The notes beneath the pieces were generated by a model. It made no database searches. It was not told the DNA's origin and saw only the letters and a program-made list of their open reading frames with translations. A program made the position numbers and the translations under genes. DNA of 64,000 nt from Truepera sp. (GTDB lineage Bacteria > Deinococcota > Deinococci > Deinococcales > Trueperaceae), in contig CBDCKW010000009.1 in the NCBI GenBank assembly GCA_965218435.1, positions 3,744,001 through 3,808,000 of the forward strand, written 5' to 3'. Positions 30,593 through 41,739 of this stretch are shown one piece after another (the stretch's first letter is position 1; every line of letters begins with the position of its first letter).

Positions 30593-30874
30593 ATGTCCGA
30601 GACCGATTCTGTCCGCCTGACCGCTCTCATCTCCGGGCAGGTTCAAGGCGTCAATTTTCGTAATTACGTCCGGCGTTTAGCCCGTGACGCGGGGCTCACA
30701 GGCTACGCTGAAAACTTGAGTGACGGCCGCGTCGAAGTTGTCGCTGAAGGGCCGAAAGCCGAGCTGACGGCGCTTTTGCACCAGCTCCGGCGCGGCCCGA
30801 CCTACGCCGAAGTCAGCGCAGTTGACGTGACCTGGGGGGAGGTGAGCGGACTTGAAGGCTTTCAGACCTACTGA
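30593..30874 (+). CDS. acyP: Acylphosphatase
   Basis: GQVQGVNFR, GYAENLSDGRVEVVAEG. Confidence 0.93.
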   Translation: MSETDSVRLTALISGQVQGVNFRNYVRRLARDAGLTGYAENLSDGRVEVVAEGPKAELTALLHQLRRGPTYAEVSAVDVTWGEVSGLEGFQTY

Positions 30875-31721
30875 CCCGCCAACCGAGCTGGTCTTTCCTG
30901 CGCCCCTTACCGAGGCTGAAGCCGCAGGGGTTCCGGGAACGCTGGGCCGCATTACTGCCGAACGGGTCGCTGCTTATAAGGATGCGCCGGTGGGTCGGCT
31001 CATCGTGACCGAGCGGCCGAGCTTCGCCGCTGCGCTGAGCGCGCCGGGACTACAAATTATCGCCGAGGTCAAACGCAGCAGTCCGTCACTTGGGAAAATC
31101 GCCGACTTAAACCCGATAGAGGCCGCTGCTGCTTACGCTGCCGGGGGTGCGGCGGCGCTGAGTATCCTGACCGAACCGAACCACTTTGGGGGAGAGTTAA
31201 AACACCTCGAGCAAGTTGCAGCAGTAGTTACGTTACCTTTACTCCGCAAAGACTTTACCGTCCATCCGGCGCAGCTTTTAGAAGCTAAAGCGTCCGAGGC
31301 GAGCGCCGTATTACTTATCGTGGCGATTCTTGGGGAGCACACCGCCGCTTATCTGACCTTAGCGCGTGAATTGGGACTCGACGCGCTCGTTGAAATTCAC
31401 GACGAGGCTGAATTAGAAACGGCCCTAGCGAGCGGCGCTCAGCTGATTGGCGTCAATAACCGTGACCTCAAAACCTTAGAAATCGACCTCGGCACTGCGC
31501 CGCGCCTGATGACCCGCGCCCGTAACGCGGGCTTTGCCGGTCTGCTCGTTGCTGAATCGGGCTACACCGAGGCGGCTGAACTGGAGAGCGTGTCAGGTCT
31601 GGCAGACGCGGTGCTAATCGGCAGCAGCGTCGCGGGCAGTGGCGATTTAGAGGCGGCGGTGCGGCGACTTCGTACGGGTTTGGATGGTCTGTCCGAACGT
31701 TCCGTAAAAACCCATGCTTAG
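30852..31721 (+). CDS. trpC: Indole-3-glycerol phosphate synthase
   Basis: IIAEVKRSSPS, LSILTE, LLRKDF, GVNNRDL, VAESG. Confidence 0.95.
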   Translation: MKAFRPTDPPTELVFPAPLTEAEAAGVPGTLGRITAERVAAYKDAPVGRLIVTERPSFAAALSAPGLQIIAEVKRSSPSLGKIADLNPIEAAAAYAAGGAAALSILTEPNHFGGELKHLEQVAAVVTLPLLRKDFTVHPAQLLEAKASEASAVLLIVAILGEHTAAYLTLARELGLDALVEIHDEAELETALASGAQLIGVNNRDLKTLEIDLGTAPRLMTRARNAGFAGLLVAESGYTEAAELESVSGLADAVLIGSSVAGSGDLEAAVRRLRTGLDGLSERSVKTHA

Positions 31722-32418
31722 CAACCAGCATGTCTTAATTACCGGGGCCAGCAGCGGGATCGGGCGGGCGCTGACCCTGGCGCTAGCCCGCACTGAAGCG
31801 AGCTTGCACCTCGTCGGGAGAAACGGCGCAGCCTTAACCGAACTCGCGCGGCAGGCACGGAGTTGGGGAGCGCAGGCGCAGACGCACGTGCTCGAGCTCA
31901 CCGACGACGAGGCCGTCAAAACGTTTGCGCAAACGTTCTCCACGCCCCTCGATGTCTTAATTCACAGCGCCGGAACCATTTCACTAGGGGCGCTTAAAGA
32001 CGCGTCTATTACCGACTTAGACGCGCAGTACCGCCTTAATGTACGCGCCCCTTACCTCTTAACGCAGCTTTTCTTGGAGCGATTGGGGCGTACCCGCGGT
32101 CAAATCGTCTTTATCAACTCGGGTGCGGGTCTCAGCGCCAGGGCCGAATGGGGGCAATACGCCGCCACCAAACACGCGCTCAAAGCTGTCGCTGACAGCC
32201 TCCGCGCTGAGCTGACGGGGACGGGTATCCGCGTCATGAGCGTCTATCCGGGCCGCACTGCGAGCCCGATGCAGGCGCGGGTGCATGAGTATGAGGGCAA
32301 AGATTACGACCCTAAAAAGTTTGTCCAACCCGAAGACGTTGCCACGACGATTTTAGGGGCGCTCGAGCTGTCCCGAACGGCTGAAGTCACCGACGTGTCG
32401 GTACGGTCTCCGGGATAG
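31714..32418 (+). CDS. Short-chain dehydrogenase/reductase
   Basis: ITGASSGIG, YAATK. Confidence 0.9.
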   Translation: MLSNQHVLITGASSGIGRALTLALARTEASLHLVGRNGAALTELARQARSWGAQAQTHVLELTDDEAVKTFAQTFSTPLDVLIHSAGTISLGALKDASITDLDAQYRLNVRAPYLLTQLFLERLGRTRGQIVFINSGAGLSARAEWGQYAATKHALKAVADSLRAELTGTGIRVMSVYPGRTASPMQARVHEYEGKDYDPKKFVQPEDVATTILGALELSRTAEVTDVSVRSPG

Positions 32419-32760
32419 CCTTGCAAAGTGTCATGCTGTGGCGATTAGCTCGAGAACCGAGGCTCGAGTGCCCGTAACAAGAACGGTTTTGCGAAGCGTT
32501 TTGGTCTCGGCATTTTTAAGCGAGCTTGACACCACTGTTATCAACACCACTGTTATCTAAGTGTCGGTACAAGCTGTGTTGAAAGTATTTTCGGCAAGAT
32601 AGCAGCTACTCTTAGCATTTCCATAAGGGGTTACCACAAGTATCATCGCAGAATGTGCGTGCTGGTCAGCTAAACTTAGATTGAGAGCGTTGCCGACCAG
32701 CTGATACCTGCTATCTCTTGCAAACTCAGCCAGTTGGTATGCACCAAGAAAAATATAGGT

Positions 32761-32784
32761 AAAAACCGGGCGAACCCGGTTTCT
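32761..32784 (-). terminator. Rho-independent terminator
   Basis: Minus strand AGAAACCGGG-TTCG-CCCGGTTTTT, just after the 32818-33258 gene. Confidence 0.8.
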
Positions 32785-32817
32785 CAAACTTACCTTCTAA
32801 CTCTAAAAACTACAGCT

Positions 32818-33258
32818 TTACATGCCCCCGCCGGACATCATGCCGCCTGACACCGGGCCACCGCTCATACCGCTCGTAATGTTTCCCAAGAGACCGTTAC
32901 CGGCTTGAGTTAACACACTACCGAGTTCGGTCAGGCCGCTGTCACCACCCGCTGCAGCGGTCGTTCCCTTACCCAAACGGACCAAAAGGCCGCCAACTTC
33001 AGTACCGTCAATCGTATCGGCTTGTAACGCAGTTTTGAGCTCGCCGAGTTGTGACGATATGTCCTGCACCGCAGCGTCACTCGAGCCGCCCAGTTGAGCC
33101 TGCCAATCCTCAATATTAGCGATAGCAGCGTCAAGTGGAATTGCCGTCAGCCCACCTTTAAGCGCCGAGATGGTTTCGTCAACCGTCGGGGCGCTTGACT
33201 GCGCGAGGGCGAAGACAGCAGAAAGAGCCAAAACGGATAGTAGTGCGAGTCTTTTCAT
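32818..33258 (-). CDS. Secreted hypothetical protein with Gly/Met-rich C-terminal tail
   Basis: Signal peptide ending ALA-Q, CAGGAGG upstream, its own terminator. Confidence 0.75.
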   Translation of the reverse strand: MKRLALLSVLALSAVFALAQSSAPTVDETISALKGGLTAIPLDAAIANIEDWQAQLGGSSDAAVQDISSQLGELKTALQADTIDGTEVGGLLVRLGKGTTAAAGGDSGLTELGSVLTQAGNGLLGNITSGMSGGPVSGGMMSGGGM

Positions 33259-33735
33259 AGCTGTGTTGATGCCTCCTGAAAGTAGGTTTCTTACGCGCCG
33301 CTGGCGGTGGTCAGTGACGTTACTAACCTTTTTGGAATCCTCTTAAAGACTACGGGACCGCGGACGGTGCAACGTAGGAGGGGCCTACAGAGTTTGTGAG
33401 AAAGTGCCCTGCAGGACGTAAAAACCATCTTATAAGTGTGAACCAAAGTTACAATACAAATTGCCATTTTAGGCTGACAACTCCTAAGCTATTTATAATC
33501 TGATCGGCTGACACTACCGCGCCGCAAAACGTAGAGATGGTAGCAGCTCGAGCGGAAGAGAGTAGGTTTTATGGCTCGAGTAATCCTAAATAGTGGAGAC
33601 TAGCCTCAATAGCTTTTCTAACAGCCTATAGGGGAAAAGCTCAAACCTACCCGTCTTCACCCAACTGCCACGCTGCTCGAGCCAAGCGTAGAGAGACGAC
33701 CGGCGGCAACCTATGGCGGCGCTATAGTAGTAAAA

Positions 33736-35013
33736 ATGAATCCTATCCACACCCATACGTTTGACAACGGCCTCAAAGTGGTCGTGCAAGAGATGGCCTG
33801 GTTACCGTCGGCGTCGTTTAACCTGCTGTTGCCCTTGGGCGCAGTGACCGACCCGGAAGGTGCGGTCGGCAGTGCCGCAGTCTTGGCCGAATGGCTCGAC
33901 CGGGGCGCTGGTGAACGCGATTCGCGTACCCTATCTGATGAGCTCGACGCGCTCGGGGTGCGGCGGGGCGGCGGGGCTGGCGGTGAGAGCACCGTGCTTT
34001 CGGGCTCGCTGCTCGCCGACGCGCTCCCTGAAGCCTTGGCCCTTTACGCCGACATCGTGCGTCGTCCACATCTGTCCGACGCCGAATTTGAATCTGCGCG
34101 GACTGTCGTACTTCAAGAACTCGCCTCTTTAGACGACAGCCCGACACAGCGGCTTTTTATCGCGCTCTCCAAAGCTTATTTCGCGTCCGCTCACGGGCGC
34201 AGTTCTTACGGCGAAGCTGACGACCTCAAGGCGCTGACTGCTGCGCGTGTACGGCAAGACGCGGCGCGGCGGCTCGGGCCGCAAAGTGCTATTTTGAGCG
34301 TCGCTGGCGGCGTCCATTTTGCTGAGATTAAAGCTCTGGCTGAAAACCTTTTCGGTGATTGGACCGGCGAGGGCGTGGCGCTGCCCGAAGTGCAGGTGGC
34401 CAAAACGCACACGGAGCATATCGCCGCACAGACCTCCCAAACGCAGATTGGGGTCGCGTACGAGGCGCTCCCGCCCGGTCACCCGGACTGGTACAAAAAT
34501 GCGTTGTCGGTCGCGGTTTTAAGCAAAGGGATGGGCTCACGTTTATTTGCCGAAGTCCGCGAAAAGCGTGGACTCGTCTACAGCGTTGCAGCTTTGGGCC
34601 GTGCGGTACGCGGGTACGGCTACACGCTCGCCTATGCTGGCACAACGCCCGAACGCGCCGACGAAACCTTGCGCGTCTTGCTCGGTGAACTTTCACGGTT
34701 ACGCGACGGGGTGAGCGCCGACGAGTTGGAGCGTGCCCGTACCGGTCTCTTGTCGGGGCTCGTCATGGAAGGCGAACCCAGCGGCGGCGTCGCCTCGAGC
34801 CTCGCCCGCAACACCTTTTTGTTCGGTGCGCCGCGCCCGCTAGAGACCGTCAAAGCCGAACTCCTAGCCGTTACTTTAGACGACCTCAACACCTATTTAG
34901 CCGAACGCGCCGAACCGCACTTTACCGTCTTGACCCTCGGCCCGGACGCGCTGGCTGCTACACCACTTACAAAAAACGCTGCAGAGAACGCTACTGAAAG
35001 GGCAAATGTATGA
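33736..35013 (+). CDS. M16 family peptidase, non-catalytic subunit
   Basis: M16 fold motifs (SRLFAEVREKRGLVY); HxxEH is replaced by VLAEW. Confidence 0.88.
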   Translation: MNPIHTHTFDNGLKVVVQEMAWLPSASFNLLLPLGAVTDPEGAVGSAAVLAEWLDRGAGERDSRTLSDELDALGVRRGGGAGGESTVLSGSLLADALPEALALYADIVRRPHLSDAEFESARTVVLQELASLDDSPTQRLFIALSKAYFASAHGRSSYGEADDLKALTAARVRQDAARRLGPQSAILSVAGGVHFAEIKALAENLFGDWTGEGVALPEVQVAKTHTEHIAAQTSQTQIGVAYEALPPGHPDWYKNALSVAVLSKGMGSRLFAEVREKRGLVYSVAALGRAVRGYGYTLAYAGTTPERADETLRVLLGELSRLRDGVSADELERARTGLLSGLVMEGEPSGGVASSLARNTFLFGAPRPLETVKAELLAVTLDDLNTYLAERAEPHFTVLTLGPDALAATPLTKNAAENATERANV

Positions 35014-36230
35014 CGTTTAACGAAACCGTGTTGCCGAACGGCCTCAAGATTATCGGCGAGCACAATAGTCAAGCGCAATCGTTTGCCGCCGGGTATTTTG
35101 TCCGTACCGGAGCCAGGGACGAAACCTCCGACGTCTCGGGTGTGTCGCACTTTTTAGAACACATGATGTTTAAGGGCACCGACAAACGGAGCGCCGAAGA
35201 CATCAACTTGGAGTTTGACACGATTGGCGCAAACTACAACGCCTACACCTCGGACGAGCGCACGGTTTACTACGGCGCGGTCTTGCCCGAACGCGGCGCA
35301 GCTCTCGTTGATCTACTCTCAGACATGATGCGCCCCGCGCTCCGCGAGAGCGACTTCGACCTTGAAAAGAATGTCATCTTAGAAGAGATTGCGATGTACG
35401 AAGACCGGCCCGGTTTCAAGGTCTTTGAGGAAGGGAACGCCCGTTTTTATCAGGGGCATCCGCTCGGGCAGTCTATCTTGGGCTCGCCGGAATCCATCCG
35501 GGCGCTGTCGCAGGGGCAGATGCTCGAGTATTTTCGCGCCCGCTACGCCTCAGACAATTTGTTTTTAGCGGTGGCCGGGTCTTACGACTGGGATGAACTC
35601 GTCGCGCAAGTTGAAAGCTTGACGCAAACCTGGAATCCCAGCCAAGCCGAGCGGCGTTACCCCGAGCTGTCCGGTGCGACCGGCGACGAACAGCAAACGC
35701 TGCCGACGCTGGCGCGAACTCACACCGCACTCTATGCCCCCGGCGTCAGCGCCCAAGACCCACTCCGTTACGCCGCCGGGGTTTTGGCAAGCTGTATCGG
35801 GGATGGTAGCGGTCGCCTCTACTGGGCGCTCTTGGATAATGGTTTAGCCGACAGCGCGTCCTTGTCGCACGACGCGGCGGACGGGGTAGGCGTCTTTACG
35901 GGCTACCTCTCAGCCGCTCCCGAAGCGCAAGCGGAGGCGCTTCGGGTCTACCGCGAGGTGCTCCTCAAAGTTCAAGACGAGGGCTTAAGCGAAGACGAGT
36001 GGCAGCGGGCGCAGCGTAAACTGGCGACGAGCGCGACGCTCCGCGGCGAAACCCCTTTTGGTCGGTTGATGTCGCTCGGGGTGCGTTATGAACTTAACGG
36101 CTCTTACGCGTCGGTGCAAGATACTGTGTCGCAGATTATGGCGGCGACACTACAAGACGCGCGGACGCTGCTGGGGCGTAGACCCTTTGACCGGCTCTTT
36201 AGCCTGACCTTGGAACCAGCTCGAGACTGA
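35010..36230 (+). CDS. M16 family peptidase, catalytic subunit
   Basis: GVSHFLEHMMFKGT, NAYTS, VILEEIAMYED; ATGA overlap with the partner gene. Confidence 0.92.
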   Translation: MTFNETVLPNGLKIIGEHNSQAQSFAAGYFVRTGARDETSDVSGVSHFLEHMMFKGTDKRSAEDINLEFDTIGANYNAYTSDERTVYYGAVLPERGAALVDLLSDMMRPALRESDFDLEKNVILEEIAMYEDRPGFKVFEEGNARFYQGHPLGQSILGSPESIRALSQGQMLEYFRARYASDNLFLAVAGSYDWDELVAQVESLTQTWNPSQAERRYPELSGATGDEQQTLPTLARTHTALYAPGVSAQDPLRYAAGVLASCIGDGSGRLYWALLDNGLADSASLSHDAADGVGVFTGYLSAAPEAQAEALRVYREVLLKVQDEGLSEDEWQRAQRKLATSATLRGETPFGRLMSLGVRYELNGSYASVQDTVSQIMAATLQDARTLLGRRPFDRLFSLTLEPARD

Positions 36231-36306
36231 TCGGGTCCGGTTAGCTTGATGTAAAGCTCGAGGCTAGCCCGCTCGGGTTCAGCCTCGGCCGTCACCGCAC
36301 TTTGCC

Positions 36307-36336
36307 TTGACTTAAAGTGCTTTAAGTTTCTACGCT
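36307..36336 (+). promoter_or_regulatory. MerR-type promoter with dyad operator in the spacer
   Basis: TTGACT-18 nt-TACGCT; palindrome ACTTAAAG-TG-CTTTAAGT at 36310-36327; ATG 6 nt after the -10. Confidence 0.75.
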
Positions 36337-36342
36337 AGAAGT

Positions 36343-36828
36343 ATGAGCGTCTATACAAACCAGCAAGGCTATTCGATCAAAGAGGCGGCTCAGCTAATCG
36401 GCTTACCCGAGAGCACGCTGCGCTACTACGAGACGATTGGCCTCATGAATCCCGTAGGCCGTGATCCCAGCAGCAAGCACCGCAGATATACCGACCACGA
36501 CATTGACTACGCGGTCGTTGTGGCATGCCTGAACGCTACGGGTATGTCTATTGAAACTATGCGTGCGTATCTTGCTAACCGAGGCCAGGGGGCTCACTCG
36601 GCGAAAGAACAGCTCGACCTGCTCGAAAATCATCAACAGCACCTAGCCGAAGAAGCCTCGAGGCTTGGGCTCCGGCAACGTTACCTTGACGCCAAGATCG
36701 CGTACTGGCAGGCCGTGTTAGCGGGCGATACGGCCCAAGCGCAAGAGATTGGCAAAAGTGCCAAGCTTATCAGCCAAGAGCTGAGGGCGAGAGACAAGCT
36801 TCCTGACACGTCAATGGTCACGCTTTAG
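36343..36828 (+). CDS. MerR-family transcriptional regulator (AdhR/NmlR-like)
   Basis: YSIKEAA..GLPESTLRYYETIGL, HRRY, and a Cys in 'CLNATGMSI'. Confidence 0.88.
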   Translation: MSVYTNQQGYSIKEAAQLIGLPESTLRYYETIGLMNPVGRDPSSKHRRYTDHDIDYAVVVACLNATGMSIETMRAYLANRGQGAHSAKEQLDLLENHQQHLAEEASRLGLRQRYLDAKIAYWQAVLAGDTAQAQEIGKSAKLISQELRARDKLPDTSMVTL

Positions 36829-36933
36829 TAGCTGAGAAAACCCCAAAACTCAACTCATTGTCGGCGGTGGACGCCTGCTAGAACACAGTCATATACCGGT
36901 CAAACTTGCGCGGGATTAAAGGGGGAATCAACT

Positions 36934-37344
36934 ATGAACATCCGAAGAAACGGCCTACAGCCTTCAGAAAAGCCACCGGCGGAGTATTTTACCGGCACGG
37001 TGCGCCTCGACGCACCCTTCGGGGGAACCGATCCGGCAAGGGTCAGCGGCGCGACCGTCACCTTCGAGCCGGGTGCTCGTACCAACTGGCACACGCATCC
37101 GCTGGGACAGACACTTATTGTTACGGCGGGTTGTGGCTGGGTGCAGCTCGAGGGCAACCCGGTCGCAGAAATCAATCCCGGTGACACCGTTTGGTTTGCG
37201 CCAAACGAAAAGCACTGGCACGGAGCTACGGCAACCACCGCCGTGACACACATTGCCATTCAGGAAAAGCTCGCGGGGAGAACGGTTGATTGGCTGGAAG
37301 CGGTGACTGATGAGCAGTACCAGGCTCCGACGAAGGCCGATTAA
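36934..37344 (+). CDS. Cupin-domain protein
   Basis: [25 protein letters not shown]. Confidence 0.9.
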   Translation: MNIRRNGLQPSEKPPAEYFTGTVRLDAPFGGTDPARVSGATVTFEPGARTNWHTHPLGQTLIVTAGCGWVQLEGNPVAEINPGDTVWFAPNEKHWHGATATTAVTHIAIQEKLAGRTVDWLEAVTDEQYQAPTKAD

Positions 37345-37360
37345 AGATGAAGTTCGTCGC

Positions 37361-38296
37361 ATGAAACCAATCAGTGACAACGCTCGAGGCGTCGGGTTTC
37401 TCGTTCTGGGTCTACTGATCTTTTCCCTCCAGGACGTCGCCGTCAAATGGATCGGCGGGGACTACCCCATCTTGGAAATCGTTGTTTTTCGCAGCCTTAC
37501 GGCCTTGCCCCTCACCCTGCTCTTTTTTCGCCTTGAAGGGGGACAGGGGCTACCGACCACGACGCGGCCCGGACTCGAGTATGTTCGCGGTCTGTGCTAT
37601 TTCCTCTCCTACACCACATATTTCATGGGCTTAGCAGCGTTGCCTCTCGCCGAAATTGCCGCAATCAAGTTTTCGGGGCCTTTGATGATCACCGCTCTAT
37701 CGGTGGTGATGCTCGGCGAAACGGTGGGGCCACGTCGCTGGGTGGCGCTGCTTGTCGGGTTTATGGGTGTGCTGCTGATCGTCCGGCCCAGTTTTGCAAC
37801 GTTCAACTTGGGCTCTGTATTTATCTTGATTTCCGTCCTCTTCTACGCACTCGCCGCCATCCTCACGCGCAGACTGCAAACCACCGACAGCAGCGCGACA
37901 ATGGCCTACTACAGCTCGCTCGTCTATCTGCTGGCGACGGTCGTCTTGGTTCCACCCATACTCCTCGTCGGCGATTTTCCGGACGCTCATCCGAGCGTTG
38001 CCTTTCTTTTTCGTACTTGGGCTATCCCGTCCCTGTTGGATGGGGTCGTCATGGTGGGGCTAGGGCTGGTTTGGGCAGGTGGGATGTATTTTATCGCTCG
38101 AGCCTACAGCGTGACGCTGGCCTCGGTCGTGGCCCCGTTTGAATATGTCGCGCTGCCCATTAACGTGCTGTGGGGTTTTGTCCTCTGGCACCAACTCCCG
38201 GCGCTGACGACCTGGGCGGGGGCTTTTTTGGCCCTGGCGAGCGGGTTGTACGTGCTGTACCGAGAACGGCAGGAACGCGTGGCGAAGGCCGTGTGA
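37361..38296 (+). CDS. DMT/EamA-family transporter
   Basis: About 10 TM helices, LGETVGPRRW, APFEY. Start taken as ATG 37361. Confidence 0.87.
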   Translation: MKPISDNARGVGFLVLGLLIFSLQDVAVKWIGGDYPILEIVVFRSLTALPLTLLFFRLEGGQGLPTTTRPGLEYVRGLCYFLSYTTYFMGLAALPLAEIAAIKFSGPLMITALSVVMLGETVGPRRWVALLVGFMGVLLIVRPSFATFNLGSVFILISVLFYALAAILTRRLQTTDSSATMAYYSSLVYLLATVVLVPPILLVGDFPDAHPSVAFLFRTWAIPSLLDGVVMVGLGLVWAGGMYFIARAYSVTLASVVAPFEYVALPINVLWGFVLWHQLPALTTWAGAFLALASGLYVLYRERQERVAKAV

Positions 38297-38357
38297 CGCT
38301 TACGTCCGGGTGTAACAATACTAGAAACGGCTTAAACACGGGTAAAGAGAGGATTTT

Positions 38358-39344
38358 ATGGATTACATAAAGCTCGGCAACACCGGCATGGACGTGTCGC
38401 GCATTTGCCTCGGGTGCATGAGTTTCGGCACCGCCGAGGGCTGGATTCATAACGAATGGGCGCTGGACAAGGAGGCGAGCCGCACCATCATCGAAAAGGC
38501 GCTGGACTTAGGGGTCAATTTTTTCGATACGGCGAACGTGTACGCTTACGGCACCAGCGAGGAGATTCTCGGGCGGGCACTCGAGGACTATGCAAACCGC
38601 GATGAAGTCGTGATTGCCACCAAACTGCACGGCAGAATGCGCGACGGCCCCAATGGTGGTGGGCTCTCGCGTAAAGCCATCCTGAGCGAGATCGACCACA
38701 GTCTGAAGCGGTTGAAGACAGATTACGTTGATCTGTACATCATCCACCGCTGGGACTACGACACCCCTATCGAAGAGACGATGGAGGCGCTGCACGACTT
38801 GGTAAAAGCTGGGAAAGCCCGCTATATCGGCGCGTCGGCGATGTTCGCGTGGCAGTTTCAGAAGGCGCTCTACGTGGCCGAAAAGCACGGCTGGACGCGC
38901 TTCGTTTCGATGCAAGATCACCTGAACCTTCTCTACCGTGAAGAAGAGCGAGAGATGCTGCCGCTCTGCCGCGCTGAAGGGATCGGCGTGACGCCGTACA
39001 GCCCGCTCGCCTCGGGACGGTTGACCCGTGACCCGTCGTCGGACAGCTCGCTTCGCGCCGAAACCGACAAAATCGCCAAGAGCAAATACGACGCAACCGC
39101 CGACACCGACCGGCAGGTCGTCGAGCGGGTTGCAGAAATCGCAGACAAGCACGGGGTTCCGCGCGTTCATATTGCGCTCGCGTGGCTGTTACAAAAGGAA
39201 CCGGTGACGGCACCGATCATCGGGGCGACCAAAATTTCGCATCTCGAGGGTGCCGTCGGCGCACTGTCCGTCGAGCTGTCCCCGGAAGAGGTCGTCTATC
39301 TGGAAGAACCGTATGTACCGCATCCCATCGTCGGTCATCAGTAA
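38358..39344 (+). CDS. Aldo/keto reductase
   Basis: CLGCMSFG, FFDTANVY, IHRWD, PIIGATK. Confidence 0.93.
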   Translation: MDYIKLGNTGMDVSRICLGCMSFGTAEGWIHNEWALDKEASRTIIEKALDLGVNFFDTANVYAYGTSEEILGRALEDYANRDEVVIATKLHGRMRDGPNGGGLSRKAILSEIDHSLKRLKTDYVDLYIIHRWDYDTPIEETMEALHDLVKAGKARYIGASAMFAWQFQKALYVAEKHGWTRFVSMQDHLNLLYREEEREMLPLCRAEGIGVTPYSPLASGRLTRDPSSDSSLRAETDKIAKSKYDATADTDRQVVERVAEIADKHGVPRVHIALAWLLQKEPVTAPIIGATKISHLEGAVGALSVELSPEEVVYLEEPYVPHPIVGHQ

Positions 39345-39371
39345 GCAAAGCACTCAAAATAGGGGGAGTAA

Positions 39372-40235
<864 letters not shown>

Positions 40236-40273
40236 GTTGACCCCAGCAACATTACGAGAGAACATGATGCTTA

Positions 40274-41106
40274 GGTTCAGGACTCATCAATCAGCTTCAG
40301 AGAAATTGCCCGTATATTCTATGGTAAGAGGGATTGCTATGAGCACACCTTTTTTACTGACAGAGCCGCAGCTTGAGCGCATCAAGCCGTATTTTCCACG
40401 TTCACACGGGATTGCACGGGTGGATGACTGGTGGGTGGTAAGTGGCATCATTTATGTTCTTCGTAACGGTCTGCAGTGGAAAGACGCACCACGTGCATAT
40501 GGCCCGTACAAGACGCTATATAACCGTTTTGTTCGCTGGAGCCGTCTAGGTGTGTTCAACCGGATATTCGAGGAACTGGCCAAAAGTAGCGAGTCCGAGC
40601 GGCTGATGATCGACGCCACGCATCTGAAAGCCCACCGCACGGCCGCAAGCCTGTTAAAAAAAGGGCTGTTCCTCGCGGTATCGGACGTACAAAAGGCGGC
40701 CTGAACTCCAAGCTTCATGCGGTATGTGATGGTGAGGGCAAGCTGGTGGCGTTGCTGCTGACCGAAGGGCAGACAAGCGATTATAAAGGCGCAGCCCGTT
40801 TGCTTGACGTCTTGCCCAAAGCCAAAGAGATGATTGCCGATCGAGGCTACGACGCCGACTGGTTTAGAAGCGCCCTGAAAGCCAAAGGCATAACGCCTTG
40901 CATACCGCCGAAGAACAATCGTAACGCCTTCACCGCTTATGACGCCAACCTCTACAAAAAACGTCACAAAATCGAGAACATGTTCGCTAAACTTAAGGAC
41001 TGGAGGCGCATCGCCATGCGCTACGATAGCTGCGCCCACACCTTCTTCTCCGCCATCTGCATCGCCGCAACCGTTATCTTCTATCTCAGTTAATGAGTCC
41101 TGAGCC
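40274..41106 (+). mobile_element. IS5-family insertion sequence (IS427-group-like), 833 bp
   Basis: 17-bp terminal IRs GGTTCAGGACTCATCAA / TTAATGAGTCCTGAGCC (2 mismatches), TA on both flanks, internal transposase. Confidence 0.9.
40339..41093 (+). CDS. IS5-family transposase expressed via -1 frameshift (orfA/orfB)
   Basis: orfA ..LMIDATHLKAHRTAASLLKK. A7GGG at 40656-40665 shifts into IGRTKGGLNSKLHAVCD..ADRGYDAD..YKKRHKIENMFAKLKDWRR. Confidence 0.88.
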
Positions 41107-41193
41107 TAGCTTTAAGTTTGACCTCGTTCATGACTTTTTCTAACAGTCATGCCTTAGAAATGTCAACAGAACCTAGCACGGTAAAAGCCTTGG

Positions 41194-41736
41194 TTACGAA
41201 AGGTCAGCTAGATAATTTGCATTAAAAAAAGCTTTGGGGTTGAGCTCGAGCGCCTCATAAGGCAAAATACGAGCGTTAGCCTTTTGAATGAACGTCTGAA
41301 TCTTAAATTGCCCATTTTTAAGCTGCGTTTCAGCTAAAGGCAAAAGGCTCTTGTGATATACCGCCGCGAGGGGCTCACGTTTCCCTTCCGGTCCGCTCAG
41401 CACGACAGCGTGTGTGCCCTCAGTTTGAGCTAACAGCTTTTGCCAGTATTCCGGCGTCAAAAAGGGCATATCGCAGGCTGCCAGCGCGACCCAATCTTGT
41501 TTTGCGTAGGTCAAGGCAGCGTGCAGCCCACCCAAACTGCTGCCGGGGTAGAGGTCGGGATAGACCGGGACATTAAAATTGTAGGGGCGGCTCGAGACCA
41601 AAAACCGTTCGTCAGCCTTTTTGAGACTCTCTAACGCCCACACCGCGAGCGGTTTGCCCTGATAGAGATAGCTTGCTTTGTCTTGACCGAAGCGGCTCGA
41701 GCTCCCCCCGGCTAAAACTGCCCCGCTAAACTTCAT
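41194..41736 (-). CDS. mobA: Molybdenum cofactor guanylyltransferase
   Basis: VLAGGSSSRFGQDKA, ACDMP, EPLAAVY, FFNAN. Confidence 0.9.
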   Translation of the reverse strand: MKFSGAVLAGGSSSRFGQDKASYLYQGKPLAVWALESLKKADERFLVSSRPYNFNVPVYPDLYPGSSLGGLHAALTYAKQDWVALAACDMPFLTPEYWQKLLAQTEGTHAVVLSGPEGKREPLAAVYHKSLLPLAETQLKNGQFKIQTFIQKANARILPYEALELNPKAFFNANYLADLS

Positions 41737-41739
41737 CGG

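Noticed and set aside
32529..32557. ACACCACTGTTATC direct duplication
   Set aside because: Two copies only, in a region between convergent genes; likely neutral slippage.
33736..36230. M16 pair as RiPP-processing protease for the YcaO
   Set aside because: About 18 kb away; tandem inactive/active M16 pairs are common housekeeping genes.
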